In this document: positions 26,174 to 40,242 of the stretch, piece by piece
Layout: every line of letters starts with the position of its first letter
Position numbering within the stretch: position 1 is the stretch's first letter
NCBI GenBank assembly: GCA_032718475.1
Contig: JAUCBJ010001187.1
Span: 1-64,000 of the forward strand
Length of the DNA: 64,000 nucleotides
Direction of reading: 5' to 3'
Origin: Nemertoderma westbladi
Lineage: Eukaryota; Animalia; Xenacoelomorpha
The notes under the pieces: generated by a model
The model's input: the letters and a program-made list of their open reading frames with translations, nothing else
Database searches by the model: none
Told to the model about the DNA's origin: nothing
Translations under genes and position numbers: made by a program

Positions 26174-26481
26174 GGAAGTTCTTGGTGAAATTTAAAACTG
26201 TTTTCTGATTCGGAATCTGCAGATGAAGGCGGTTCTAATGATATCTAGATTTCATTCCAAAGACGAAATATAAAGCCGACAGAGTTGGCTAAATATTGCG
26301 AAATAGATGATGATTTTTAACAGCTTGTTGTATCGAGATAGCTCATAAATTAAAAAATCCGGCCAGGCCACCAGTAAGAAAAGGTGTCGATCTATCATCA
26401 TACCAAATTTTGTAGCATTTTATTGAAATTTGAAAAAAATAGGGAGGGGCTCCGACCCTCTAAAAATGGTTGTTGTATTAA

Positions 26482-26577
26482 GGGTTATGGTGTATATATA
26501 GTATTAATGGTTATGGTGTATATATAGTATTAATGGTTATGGTGTATATATAGTATTAATGGTTATGGTGTATATAT
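26482..26577 (+). repeat. 26-bp tandem repeat abutting the MITE end
   Basis: GGTTATGGTGTATATATAGTATTAAT, about 3.6 copies. Confidence 0.85.
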
Positions 26578-26867
26578 AAAGTACAAACTTGTTTGTTGGT
26601 GGCTGGTGTCAAGACAAATGCGACCCGGACAATTATCGAGACCCATGATTTTATATAAATTTGTTGGGTCACAATTTAATGTCATAACTTCTTTGTTGCT
26701 ATTTCTTAAATTTTAAATATTTATTATAATTTTTATTCTAGAGATAAATCAAACATATATAGTTTTCCTGCAATTTTTTATTGATATGGAGCATGTTCCA
26801 GTACCCGATTATTAAAAAAAATAGTTGAGAACAAAATGTTTATTTTCTGGAGTGAACAATAGGTGGA

Positions 26868-29152
26868 AATTTGCCTGACAGCCAGATAGGCCTACTGCAT
26901 TACCTACCGGTAGGCGGGGTATAGCTAATTAATAACCAGTAGGGCCTAGCTATATTACTATAACATGGGCTCCAAACGCCACCATAAATATAAGCTAACT
27001 TATTTATAACATAATTTATGTAATTTTTACATTTATTTATACAGCAACTAATTTAATTTGTGCAGTTTCTATCACTTATAATATATATATAATCATTTCG
27101 TAATGTTAGAATTTTGGAATAAAACTACATACATACTTGTTGTAAAGTACTTTACAGTGTTCTCATCCTCGTGGCCTTATTTTCACTCACTCACTCACTA
27201 ACGTTCGTTCGTGTAAAAAAACCACTCGGATCATCACACTGTAAAGTGCTACTTTACACACAAGTACGTAAATAGTTATTAACTTCGTAACAGAACACTG
27301 TAAGTGTAAAGTACTTCGCAACAAGTTTGTATGTAGTTTTATTCCAAAATTGTAACATTACGAAATGATTGTACATATATATTATAAGAGATAGAAACTG
27401 CACAAATTAAATTAGTTGCTGTATAAATAATTGTAAAAATGACATAAATTATGTTATAAATAAGTTAGCTTTTAATTATGATGGCGTTTGGAGCCATATT
27501 AACCCTATTAGTACCGGGCTATAAAATGTTGTACAAATACCGGGGGGGGGGGGGGGGGTCATATTGACCCCCCCCCCCCCCCCCCCTCTATAATCTAAAA
27601 ATTTTTACGAAAACGTCTGAATTTTTGTTTGTACGTAGGTATCACTAGTCAGGATCCGACCGAAAAAAAAAATTTTCGAAAAAATTTACTGGGGTGGTTA
27701 TATTGCAGCACCAAAATTACAAGTAGTGCACAATTTTCAGAAAATTTGAAAGTTACATTTTTCGTCTAATTGTTTTTCAATACAGGTTTTCTGGGGCGCA
27801 AAATACATTGGAAAATATTTAAAAATGATATGATTACAATAAATGGCTGTTTAGTCCTCTCTGCGTAGGAAAAAAATGAAAAAAACAAGTAACCAGCACT
27901 TTTCAGTTATAACACAAAATTTTTAATTCACATATACGATGCTATAAATTCACATTTTCAGGTTTTCTAGGGCGCTGATTCTAATGGAATACATTTCTAA
28001 AATGCCCCATCATTGCTACTTGTATCTTTCGGCGTAATTCGGCAAATTTTGGTGCTAGGACCAAACTTCGTACCCATCACCAAAAAGTACAAGTTTGCGA
28101 TGTCCAGTGCTGTTTTTATTGATTCCATCGGATTCAGGACCCTCATAAACCCGTATAACGCAATAAACAAGATGATACTATCTACTGATCAATTTGCTTA
28201 TTTTCCAAAATTTGGTGCTGGCATAAAAATTTTCACCCACCGGCGAAAAACACAAGTTTGAAAACTCTTATGAAATTTTTACTGATTCCATTGAATTCAG
28301 AACCCTCACAAACCCGTATAACGCAAGAAACAAGGTGACACAATCAATTGATATATTTGATGGTTTTCAAAATTTGGTGCTAGCACCACATTTTGCACCC
28401 ACTTCCGAAAAATACAAGTTTGAGATGCCTAGTTCGAAAATTATATATTCCATTCAATTTAGAATAGCCATAAACATCTAAAACGCAAGAAATAAATTGT
28501 CACAAGCAATTTTATCAATTGAATGGATTTTCAAAATTTCGTGCTAGCACCAAAATTTGCACCCACAACCGAAAAATACAAGTTTGATACGCTTGGTGCA
28601 ACTCGTATATATTTCATCGAAACCAGAACCCCAAAAAACCAGTAAAAAACAAGTTTCACACAATCAATTTACAAAATTGACATATTTCAAAATTTGGTGC
28701 TGGCACCAAAAATTGGCACCCGCCGAAAAAAACAAGTTTGAAATTTCTAAATCAATTTATATGAATTCCATCCAATTTCTAACACCAAAAAACCGGTGTA
28801 AAATCAAAAATAGAGATGTTACAATTCATATTTAATGAAATGTAATTTTCAAAAAACGTCTCAAAAAAAGTGCCAAAAGTAGGGTTAAAAAATGGTGCTA
28901 TAACTCGAAAACTACCCAATATTTTTGAAAACGGTTTTCACTACTAGGAAGACAATAGATTTTTAGGAAAAGTCATAAAATTTCAGATTCCCAACTGCGT
29001 TTGTTTCAGAATTATAATAAAAAAACCACGGGGGGGGGGGGGTCATATTGACCACCCCCCCCGGGTTTAATAGGGTTAATAGTTTATAGCTACTGGTTAT
29101 TAATAGCTACCGGTAGGTAATGCAGTAGGCCTATCTGGCTGTCAGGCAATTT
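26868..29152. mobile_element. Foldback (palindromic) non-autonomous element interrupted by a piggyBac MITE
   Basis: 26868-27163 is the inverse of 27292-27498 plus 29080-29152. Confidence 0.8.
27503..29075. mobile_element. piggyBac-type non-autonomous element
   Basis: Ends read TTAA|CCCTATTA..TAATAGGG|TTAA. It has subterminal GGTCATATTGACC palindromes and five internal ~160-bp subrepeats (28045-28800). Confidence 0.88.
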
Positions 29153-30236
29153 CTAATTTTGCTTGCTTTTTTACAATAGTAAATGTACAGGCCAATACAA
29201 TTATGTAATGTCTTCAAAAGTTGTAAAGTGATAAATAACAACTCGCTGTTAATACTAACGGCGTTGAGTAATGTTACAATTTTGGAATAAAAACCATAAA
29301 ATATTAAAAAGAATATTTTTAATAAAAAACATAATTTTGGTATGGCTCCAAAACATTGTTACAAAACCGTTTATGGTTACGGTTAAATATTACTAATTAT
29401 ACCGGGCCCCAATAATATCCATGTAACCCTCCACCAATACAGTATGATAACACCCAATAACACGACTCGCCAAGTTTACCTTTCTTTCTGGGAACCGCAG
29501 ACACTCTTGGTATAAGCGTCGGCGTAATTGGTGAGTTTTAAACGCCGAGAGTGTACGTTAACGCTCCCGCCGACGAAGAATTCCCTAGACTGAACAGTGT
29601 CAACCTTGCTCCGTCGCAAGAACGACTTATTCGTCTTTCGGTCAGACTAAATAAATATAGTGAAATAATATAGTAAGAGTAACAGCAGGAGTGCGGGGTC
29701 TGGGGGGAGGGGAGGGGAGGGGGGGGGGGGGGGGGGTGTGTGCATTTATTACAAGGCGACGCCTCGGAAAAAATGTGTACACTGTACATTCTACTATTCC
29801 CCGAAAATGCGGATAAAAAAGTCGGACAAAAAAATAGTACTTTATTTTTGTAAAAGAAATAGTTATATATACACTTAGCCTATCGCTATCAATAGAGAAT
29901 ACTCCTCATTACGTGTTCTAGAAGTTGAGTGTTACGAAATTAATGATTGTTTTGCAGCGTTACGCCCTATAATAGGCCGCAACGCTATGCAAAGTGGTAC
30001 TTTGAGACACTGAGTTACAAATGCGTACTGCATATGATAAGTTGATAAGTATAATACTGATAAGTTGATGTAATGTATAGCAAAAGCTCGAAATGCATTA
30101 TATTCGCACACGGAGGCCAGTATTTAGAAGCAAACACGATATTGGCACAAGCACAAGCTTGTGGTGCTGTTTCCAAGTGGCTGTTAAATCCATATACTTA
30201 GCCCTATATACATAAAAATTTATTCTAATTTAATTA

Positions 30237-30710
30237 CACCATGTCCAAGAATATAGAATAACTGCGGTGTAACTGGTGCAAAATCGACGGAGACACCTTT
30301 TTCAAACGCTCGTAGCTACAGAATGAAAGCGAAAAGAAGAATTCTGGCTCACCCAAAAAGGTGGAGGGAGGTGAAACTATCTCTGCTTCAAATTTCATGC
30401 AATCTAATTACGATTTTAAAAAAAACTAAATACGTTGCAGGTTTCTAAATTAAGGAGACCAGGGGGAGCAAATAAATATGCCGTCTCAATGTTAAATTAT
30501 CGATTAAGGGAAGAGTGGCACGTTATGGTTTCAATGGCACTTTATTCTAACCAAAACAATAAACTAAAGTCAATAGAACAGGTTACAGTTTTATTTATGG
30601 AAGTAATCCGCTGTTATTTGCGTCTATCTCCCCCTAGAGAGGGAGGAATGAAAGCCCCCCCCCCCCCCCTCCCTATCTGCAATTAATACACTATATGACA
30701 TGACATGGTG
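30237..30710. mobile_element. TA-flanked MITE (CACCATGTC termini; Tc1/mariner-like)
   Basis: Ends read TA|CACCATGTC..GACATGGTG|TA. Internal sequence is shared with 32419-33306. Confidence 0.7.
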
Positions 30711-32418
30711 TACGTATTACTTGAGTTTAACGGTATTTGTTTTGGAAAGTTCTCCAACTAAAGTTGATATTGAGTACAAACCTTTAACATGGAGCTTCGT
30801 AAATGGAAACAAACATAATTTTCTTGAGAGGGGAAAGTGACATGGGCGCGTCGTATGGGGTATATAATAAAATTGGAAAAAAATGCCATGGTTGAATGAC
30901 GTCACAATTACTCATCCACTCCAACTATTATATATAAGACCCAGAAGAAACTACTTTGCAGACTTTGTAGATTATTGATATTTTGTTCGATATTTAATAA
31001 ATATTATAATATTAAACTAAACATAGATAGATATATTACGTAGGATGTATGTATACCAAGTACGTAAAGTAATCAAATACAAATTAAGGAAAATAAATTA
31101 GTGTTAAATTATATATATATAATACTGTACAACATAAATGAGCAGGTCATATTAACCTGCCTTGCAAACGTTAAATAAAATGCAGCGTGTTTAGTGAAAA
31201 TTATTACACATTTATTTGAAAATACATTGATTGTATATAATACTTAATTTTCTTTTAAAAATTCAATTTTTTATCGGTAAAAATGCGGAAAAATTTACTA
31301 TTTAAGTGGTGGCGAAAAAAGTAGGCTTTTTTTGTCGAGCGTTCTTCGGGAGTATAATGGTATTTTTTCCAAAAAATGTTTAAAAAATGTGTTCTAGAAC
31401 AGAAATAATTATCAAAATTGATAACTAACACATGTTCTATAATATTTATAAAAAAGTGTAACGGGGGGGGGGGGGGGGGGGGGGGGAAATTCGACGCAAA
31501 ACCCGCCTTGGCGAATTAATATCCCGCCTCAATGTTAAATTCTCAATTTAGGGAAAGGAGCAGGTTACAGTGGCACGTTATTTTAACCAAAACAATAAAC
31601 TAAACACAATAGAACAGGTTACAGTTTCATTTTTGAGAGCAATCATCTGTTATTTGCGTCCAATTTCCCCTGGAGAGGGATGGATTTTTATTGCGTCCAG
31701 TTTCCCCCCGTATCTGAAAAAAAAGTAGAAAAAACTAACAGTATAAAAAATATAAAATGTGTTCTAGAACAAAAATATTTATCAAAATAAAAAAATTAGC
31801 AATAAATAGCTGGAAATTAGAAATTACCATTTCATCTATTATCTATTTAAATGCAATATTATTATTAATCTGTCTTATTTTATTAATTTGTCAAACTTGT
31901 TAACGACTTTGACAAAAATTAGTGACTTACAACAAATAAAATATCCAATCAATCGTGCAATCTTCCAATAATGCGGATAATAAAATATTTATCCAATCAG
32001 CGATCTAGAAGATTTTTCTGTTGATTTCGCATTATATATTCTAGACCAGTAATTACGATGGTAATTATTAATAAATTTAGCATTAAAATGTTTAGTTTTA
32101 GGATCTTTTGAACAAGTAGCTATAGTTTAATCAAATTTTTGGCTTGCACCTTTATTTACTTATATGTCTGTATGGCAAAATAAATTTCAAGTTTCCCCGA
32201 ATATACATATATAAAATAGGGAGAAAAAGGAATACTTTTTCCATTGGGAAAAAAGAAACCCGTAGGATTGCATTGAATGTTACTTTTTTCCCTGTGAAAA
32301 AAAAGCAAAATTAGAAAATGTGAAAATATTTTTGTTGAAGAGAATTAGAAGTACAAAATGTCTCCAAAATTAATTAGAACAAAATCAATGCACACACTCA
32401 AAAGTTGTAACTCATATA

Positions 32419-33306
32419 CACCATGTCCAGGAATATAGTGTCGTTATGGAGATACCTTGCCCCCCCCCCACCAAAATTTTTCTTCAAATCTTAATGATAT
32501 TGCATGACATTTGAAACATAGAGTTTCACCTCCCTCCTCCACCTCCGTAGGTGAGCCAGAATTTTGATTTTTGCTTTTATTATTTAGCTTCAAGTGTTTA
32601 AAAAAAGTGTCTCCGTCGATATTGCACCAGTTCCACCGCAGTCATTCTTGAACCTTATAGTGATTTGTTAGAAAGCTGGCCATTCAAGGATTCTAAATAT
32701 GTAAAAATATTTAAATTTGGTTGGGAAATAGCTGAGATATGGGCATTCGAATGTTGCATGTATTTACTTCCATTGCAGGCCATTTATTCTATTTAATAAA
32801 TACACAATGTTCTAGAATATTTCGCTTATGTATGTACTACTACTAGGAATATCCATATACTAGTATTATCATGTAGGCATTGCATTGTTGCCAAGATACT
32901 TATGAGATAAACAAAATGTTCCAGAATGTTATGCATTTATTAAATAGAATAACGGCCCTCAGCGGATGCAGATACATGCAACTGTCGAATGCCCATATCT
33001 CAGCTAATTCCAAACCAAATTCAAATATTTTTATATATTTGGAATCCTTGCACAACCAGCTTTCCACTAGTACCAAGTAGTATAAGGTTGAAGAATAACT
33101 GCGATGTAACTGGTGCATTATCGACAGATACACTTTTTTAAACACTTGTAGCTAAATAATACAAATTCTGGCTCACCTACGGAGGTGGAGGAGGGAGGTG
33201 AAAATATCTGTTTCAAATTTCATGCAATCTCATTAAGATTTGTAGAGAAATTTGGGGGGGGGGGGGGGGGTAGCTGACTAACGACACTATATGCCAGGAC
33301 ATGGTG
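32419..33306. mobile_element. TA-flanked palindromic MITE with ~400-bp arms
   Basis: Ends read TA|CACCATGTCC..GGACATGGTG|TA, and the arms are inverse along almost the whole length. Partial copies lie near 42800-42985 and 45860-46045. Confidence 0.85.
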
Positions 33307-34859
33307 TATAAAGTAAGTTTTATGTAGTTGAGCGGCTCTCTAGTTACGTAATAAATATTTGAGAACACTAAATTATTTAACAATGAGTAAGGCAGCATCA
33401 GGTGAGTTGAAGAGTACAGTAATTTGATTCGCAGTAACTATGGAAGCAATATAGTAAAGTACTATAGTTCTATTTATATTGCAACACAATATCGCTGTAT
33501 CTATTATTAAAGAATTGAGCAACAAAAGTACTAATTTTAGAATAAAATTACGTATTACATGGGAAAAAAACGTAGAACATTTCAATATTCTCTCGACCCT
33601 ATATTAACGTCGCTGGGGCTTGGTAAATAAAATGCATTTAAAGGTTAAGGTTATACTTTTTCCTAAGTAATACATGTTTAAGTTATCGACACCTAAATCC
33701 TTTCTTATATCCTATCCTAAATCCTCCTTACTTATAAATATATTGATATATAAAGGAGAGGAGTAGTATTTTTAAGGTAACCCTATCCGGATAATATTGG
33801 ATTCACTTTTACTGAATGGTCGAATGCGATTGGTGTATGGAATGGATATGGTGTGCCGTGTTTACTGCTAATGGGAAATACTGCTAATGGGAAAAATAGT
33901 GTAATTGACAGGTAAAACACCTGTGGTGGTCCGCTTACCAAGCTTCTCTTATATATTACTATTGTTATATTATATTATATTTCACGTGATGGGGGTTAAG
34001 TCGGATATGAGTTTAGGGTAGTAATAGATAGTTGCAAGATTTAAATATTAACATTATTATTCTTAACAATATTATAGGAAAGATATAGAATATAGGATAT
34101 GAAATATATATATAATATAGGATAGTAGAATAAGCTAATCAGTATAATAGAAAATAGAAAAGATAGAAAATAGAATAAGCTTTATAAATAAGATAGATAT
34201 AAATATAAATAAGATAAAGATATAAATAAAATAATTATAATATAAGGATAAATTTAAAAAAATTCAAATTTCTTAGTATTTAAAAATTCAATAAAATTTC
34301 GATCAAAAAAGCGAAACCATGGTATACTTCACATAGGCAAAATTCACAAAAATTTTAATTTATATATTTAATGTTGTAAATTACGTAATTTTGTAAACAA
34401 GTCTTTGTAAAGTATGATAAAGTTTACTTTACAACTTACAATTTATATATTACGTGTTATTAAGTGTAAAAATAATGTGGGAATTTACAATAAATCACAA
34501 ATCAATACAAATTCAATAGAACATTATCTATAAATGAGTCGAGGTAATGTCGTGCTTAATTAATTATTATTGGTTGATACGTTGGATACGTAACAAAATT
34601 AATAAAGTAATGTAATAATAGGATGTTGCCAGAATTATTTTATTATAATTATTACACCATCAATACCATTTACACTATAATGGCACTCACTGTAGTAGAA
34701 TATTTTCACTCCTCTCTCAACACCTTACTTACATCACCAAAAGGCAACGGGAGCCCAACTTCGTAACAACTGTCCTATACATTATTCCCACCACAACACA
34801 CATACAGGGATGTCCCTGTAGTACATCTACAGTACCTATCTATAAGCTTACACGAAGTG

Positions 34860-35370
34860 GGGACTTCGCGCAGCACGAAGTTGGCAGAGCCTTAGCGAAT
34901 TGACACTGTTAGGGGGTAGGTCAATTTATGCAAATAGTCACGTTGGCCCTCTAGCGGCAGACTGGAGAACTGCAGATGGATTCGCCTCCTTTGAAAGTCA
35001 CAGCTAATGGTCTAATACATATCTGCCAAGTTTCAGCTTAAACGGATTAAAAGCAAAGAAATGGGAGGGCATTTAATGTTTAGACATGTGGCCCTCTAGC
35101 GGGAGACCATTGCACTGATGGTGTCTGAAAGTCTCTCAAAAATCTCAACTTTTGCTCATATTGATACCTACAAATTTTCAACTTGGCAGCTTTAAATCCG
35201 ACAAAGTTATTAGCATGTCAAAATCGTAACGACGACGACAACGACGACGACGACAACGACGACGACGACACGACGACGACGACGACGACGACAACTATTT
35301 GCATAAATTGACCCACCCCCTAACAGTGTCAATTCGCTAAGGCTCCGCCAACTTCGTGGCTCGCCCCACA
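34860..35370. mobile_element. Non-autonomous element with ~65-bp inverted repeats and an internal (GAC)n microsatellite (Helentron-HINE/DINE-1-like architecture)
   Basis: 34874-34938 is the inverse of 35294-35358, and (GAC)n lies at 35229-35292. The repeat motif also occurs at 25600-25660. Confidence 0.6.
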
Positions 35371-35745
35371 TGGAACAATAATAACTAACAGCTATGTAGG
35401 AGGTACATTTAGGGTGTGTATCAGCCCGGGGCTAAATGTTGGAATCAAATGATACAGTATAACTATACAAATACATGTCGAAACATTACTTTATATACTT
35501 ATACCTCTAGTTACAAAACGTGGTTGAATATAGTTAAAAGGTTTTTTGTAAACTACAATTTGCAATACCAATACCCCATTTAACCTACGAATACGGATGT
35601 GTTGTTGTAAAGGGTATGTCTTTGTACTTACTTCATTGTTTAATAAAATGTACTCTAATCGATTACAGTATAGTACTAATATCAGTACATTATACAAAGT
35701 AACAGTATCATAATAGACAGCAGTACTGTATATATTTTTAATGGG

Positions 35746-35842
35746 ATCCTACCCTTATTCCTAACATTCAAATGGGCGCATATGCCATGTGTACTACACA
35801 TGCCATATGCGCCCATTTGAAGGTTAGGAATAAGGGTAGGAT
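35746..35842. repeat. Near-perfect 97-bp palindrome
   Basis: 48-bp arms, 2 mismatches, 1-nt spacer. Confidence 0.85.
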
Positions 35843-36518
35843 TATGTGCCTACACATGTGTACTGTGTGTAGGCAGAACATATTAATTACCAGATCAACA
35901 TAATTCCATAGTATAAATAAATTTAAAATAGAATGGCTATTAATTACTTTAACTTCTACGTGACGCAATACATGTACAAATTAGGCCTACAGAGATGCTG
36001 AAAATTCTGCCTGCAATAAATCCTATTTCATGTGTCCTGAGCCAGGTGGGTGGTTGCTATAGAAACAAAGCTGGCAATGGAGGGAGGAAGCCTCCGGTAG
36101 GTACCGGCCAGATATACAGTGACGTAGTCCGTTAGCAACCAACCAGCAACAATGGTTTGGGTTGCGGTTATTTAACACAGCTGAATAATTTTGTAAGTCA
36201 AAAAGTAATTTCTGCATTAAAATAAAGAATTCCATGCATTACGTAAAAATAGACAACCAAAATATAAGTCACATTAAACTAACAGTGAAACAATTATTAA
36301 ATAAGGAATCTAATAAAAAATATAATAAAAATAACATAGTAGGCCCTACTATGTTAAATGGAGAAGAGATTGTTTGCTATTGGCTGATTTACAAAAAGGG
36401 AGGTTATCATAACAATAGACCAACCAATCACATAATTCGGGGAAACCCCTTATTCATGCTTAGGAAGGCAACTCTCACTACCATACACCCATTGTTACAT
36501 AATATTCTCGTCATTTAG

Positions 36519-39500
36519 GGCCCCCACCCATTGTGTTTCCTTACAAGGCCCACACATGTACGTAACCGGCCCCCACCCATTGTGTTTCCTTGCAAGGCCC
36601 ACACATGTACGTAACCGGCCCCCACCCATTGTGTTTCCTTACAAGGCCCACACATGTACGTAACCGGCCCCCACCCATTGTGTTTCCTTACAAGGCCCAC
36701 ACATGTACGTAACCGGCCCCCACCCATTGTGTTTCCTTACAAGGCCCACACATGTACGTAACCGGCCCCCACCCATTGTGTTTCCTTACAAGGCCCACAC
36801 ATGTACGTAACCGGCCCCCACCCATTGTGTTTCCTTACAAGGCCCACACATGTACGTAACCGGCCCCCACCCATTGTGTTTCCTTACAAGGCCCACACAT
36901 GTACGTAACCGGCCCCCACCCATTGTGTTTCCTTACAAGGCCCACACATGTACGTAACCGGCCCCCACCCATTGTGTTTCCTTACAAGGCCCACACATGT
37001 ACGTAACCGGCCCCCACCCATTGTGTTTCCTTACAAGGCCCACACATGTACGTAACCGGCCCCCACCCATTGTGTTTCCTTACAAGGCCCACACATGTAC
37101 GTAACCGGCCCCCACCCATTGTGTTTCCTTACAAGGCCCACACATGTACGTAACCGGCCCCCACCCATTGTGTTTCCTTACAAGGCCCACACATGTACGT
37201 AACCGGCCCCCACCCATTGTGTTTCCTTACAAGGCCCACACATGTACGTAACCGGCCCCCACCCATTGTGTTTCCTTACAAGGCCCACACATGTACGTAA
37301 CCGGCCCCCACCCATTGTGTTTCCTTACAAGGCCCACACATGTACGTAACCGGCCCCCACCCATTGTGTTTCCTTACAAGGCCCACACATGTACGTAACC
37401 GGCCCCCACCCATTGTGTTTCCTTACAAGGCCCACACATGTACGTAACCGGCCCCCACCCATTGTGTTTCCTTACAAGGCCCACACATGTACGTAACCGG
37501 CCCCCACCCATTGTGTTTCCTTACAAGGCCCACACATGTACGTAACCGGCCCCCACCCATTGTGTTTCCTTACAAGGCCCACACATGTACGTAACCGGCC
37601 CCCACCCATTGTGTTTCCTTACAAGGCCCACACATGTACGTAACCGGCCCCCACCCATTGTGTTTCCTTACAAGGCCCACACATGTACGTAACCGGCCCC
37701 CACCCATTGTGTTTCCTTACAAGGCCCACACATGTACGTAACCGGCCCCCACCCATTGTGTTTCCTTACAAGGCCCACACATGTACGTAACCGGCCCCCA
37801 CCCATTGTGTTTCCTTACAAGGCCCACACATGTACGTAACCGGCCCCCACCCATTGTGTTTCCTTACAAGGCCCACACATGTACGTAACCGGCCCCCACC
37901 CATTGTGTTTCCTTACAAGGCCCACACATGTACGTAACCGGCCCCCACCCATTGTGTTTCCTTACAAGGCCCACACATGTACGTAACCGGCCCCCACCCA
38001 TTGTGTTTCCTTGCAAGGCCCACACATGTACGTAACCGGCCCCCACCCATTGTGTTTCCTTACAAGGCCCACACATGTACGTAACCGGCCCCCACCCATT
38101 GTGTTTCCTTACAAGGCCCACACATGTACGTAACCGGCCCCCACCCATTGTGTTTCCTTACAAGGCCCACACATGTACGTAACCGGCCCCCACCCATTGT
38201 GTTTCCTTACAAGGCCCACACATGTACGTAACCGGCCCCCACCCATTGTGTTTCCTTACAAGGCCCACACATGTACGTAACCGGCCCCCACCCATTGTGT
38301 TTCCTTACAAGGCCCACACATGTACGTAACCGGCCCCCACCCATTGTGTTTCCTTACAAGGCCCACACATGTACGTAACCGGCCCCCACCCATTGTGTTT
38401 CCTTACAAGGCCCACACATGTACGTAACCGGCCCCCACCCATTGTGTTTCCTTACAAGGCCCACACATGTACGTAACCGGCCCCCACCCATTGTGTTTCC
38501 TTACAAGGCCCACACATGTACGTAACCGGCCCCCACCCATTGTGTTTCCTTACAAGGCCCACACATGTACGTAACCGGCCCCCACCCATTGTGTTTCCTT
38601 ACAAGGCCCACACATGTACGTAACCGGCCCCCACCCATTGTGTTTCCTTACAAGGCCCACACATGTACGTAACCGGCCCCCACCCATTGTGTTTCCTTAC
38701 AAGGCCCACACATGTACGTAACCGGCCCCCACCCATTGTGTTTCCTTACAAGGCCCACACATGTACGTAACCGGCCCCCACCCATTGTGTTTCCTTACAA
38801 GGCCCACACATGTACGTAACCGGCCCCCACCCATTGTGTTTCCTTACAAGGCCCACACATGTACGTAACCGGCCCCCACCCATTGTGTTTCCTTACAAGG
38901 CCCACACATGTACGTAACCGGCCCCCACCCATTGTGTTTCCTTACAAGGCCCACACATGTACGTAACCGGCCCCCACCCATTGTGTTTCCTTACAAGGCC
39001 CACACATGTACGTAACCGGCCCCCACCCATTGTGTTTCCTTACAAGGCCCACACATGTACGTAACCGGCCCCCACCCATTGTGTTTCCTTACAAGGCCCA
39101 CACATGTACGTAACCGGCCCCCACCCATTGTGTTTCCTTACAAGGCCCACACATGTACGTAACCGGCCCCCACCCATTGTGTTTCCTTACAAGGCCCACA
39201 CATGTACGTAACCGGCCCCCACCCATTGTGTTTCCTTACAAGGCCCACACATGTACGTAACCGGCCCCCACCCATTGTGTTTCCTTACAAGGCCCACACA
39301 TGTACGTAACCGGCCCCCACCCATTGTGTTTCCTTACAAGGCCCACACATGTACGTAACCGGCCCCCACCCATTGTGTTTCCTTACAAGGCCCACACATG
39401 TACGTAACCGGCCCCCACCCATTGTGTTTCCTTACAAGGCCCACACATGTACGTAACCGGCCCCCACCCATTGTGTTTCCTTACAAGGCCCACACATGTA

Positions 39501-40242
39501 CGTAACCGGCCCCCACCCATTGTGTTTCCTTACAAGGCCCACACATGTACGTAACCGGCCCCCACCCATTGTGTTTCCTTACAAGGCCCACACATGTACG
39601 TAACCGTCCCCCACCCATTGTGTTTCCTTACAAGGCCCACACATGTACGTAACCGGCCCCCACCCATTGTGTTTCCTTGCAAGGCCCACACATGTACGTA
39701 ACCGGCCCCCACCCATTGTGTTTCCTTGCAAGGCCCACACATGTACGTAACCGTCCCCCACCCATTGTGTTTCCTTGCAAGGCCCACACATGTACGTAAC
39801 CGGCCCCCACCCATTGTGTTTCCTTACAAGGCCCACACATGTACGTAACCGTCCCCCACCCATTGTGTTTCCTTGCAAGGCCCACACATGTACGTAACCG
39901 GCCCCCACCCATTGTGTTTCCTTACAAGGCCCACACATGTACGTAACCGTCCCCCACCCATTGTGTTTCCTTACAAGGCCCACACATGTACGTAACCGGC
40001 CCCCACCCATTGTGTTTCCTTACAAGGCCCACACATGTACGTAACCGGCCCCCACCCATTGTGTTTCCTTGCAAGGCCCACACATGTACGTAACCGGCCC
40101 CCACCCATTGTGTTTCCTTACAAGGCCCACACATGTACGTAACCGGCCCCCACCCATTGTGTTTCCTTACAAGGCCCACACATGTACGTAACCGGCCCCC
40201 ACCCATTGTGTTTCCTTGCAAGGCCCACACATGTACGTAACC
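36519..40242 (+). repeat. 49-bp satellite array, 76 copies
   Basis: Unit GGCCCCCACCCATTGTGTTTCCTTACAAGGCCCACACATGTACGTAACC; 3724 bp = 76 x 49. Confidence 0.98.

Larger units (their letters stand above)
24368..26484. mobile_element. MITE with ~400-bp TIRs and CCC..GGG ends; right arm split by a nested MITE
   Basis: 24368-24760 is the inverse of 25250-25319 plus 26174-26484. The TSD is ambiguous (TA, or ATAA/TTAT). Confidence 0.85.

Noticed and set aside
36519-40242. CRISPR array, or the repetitive ORFs (MGGGRLRTCVGL..)
   Set aside because: The units are contiguous with no unique spacers and there are no cas genes. The ORFs are by-products of a 49-bp period.
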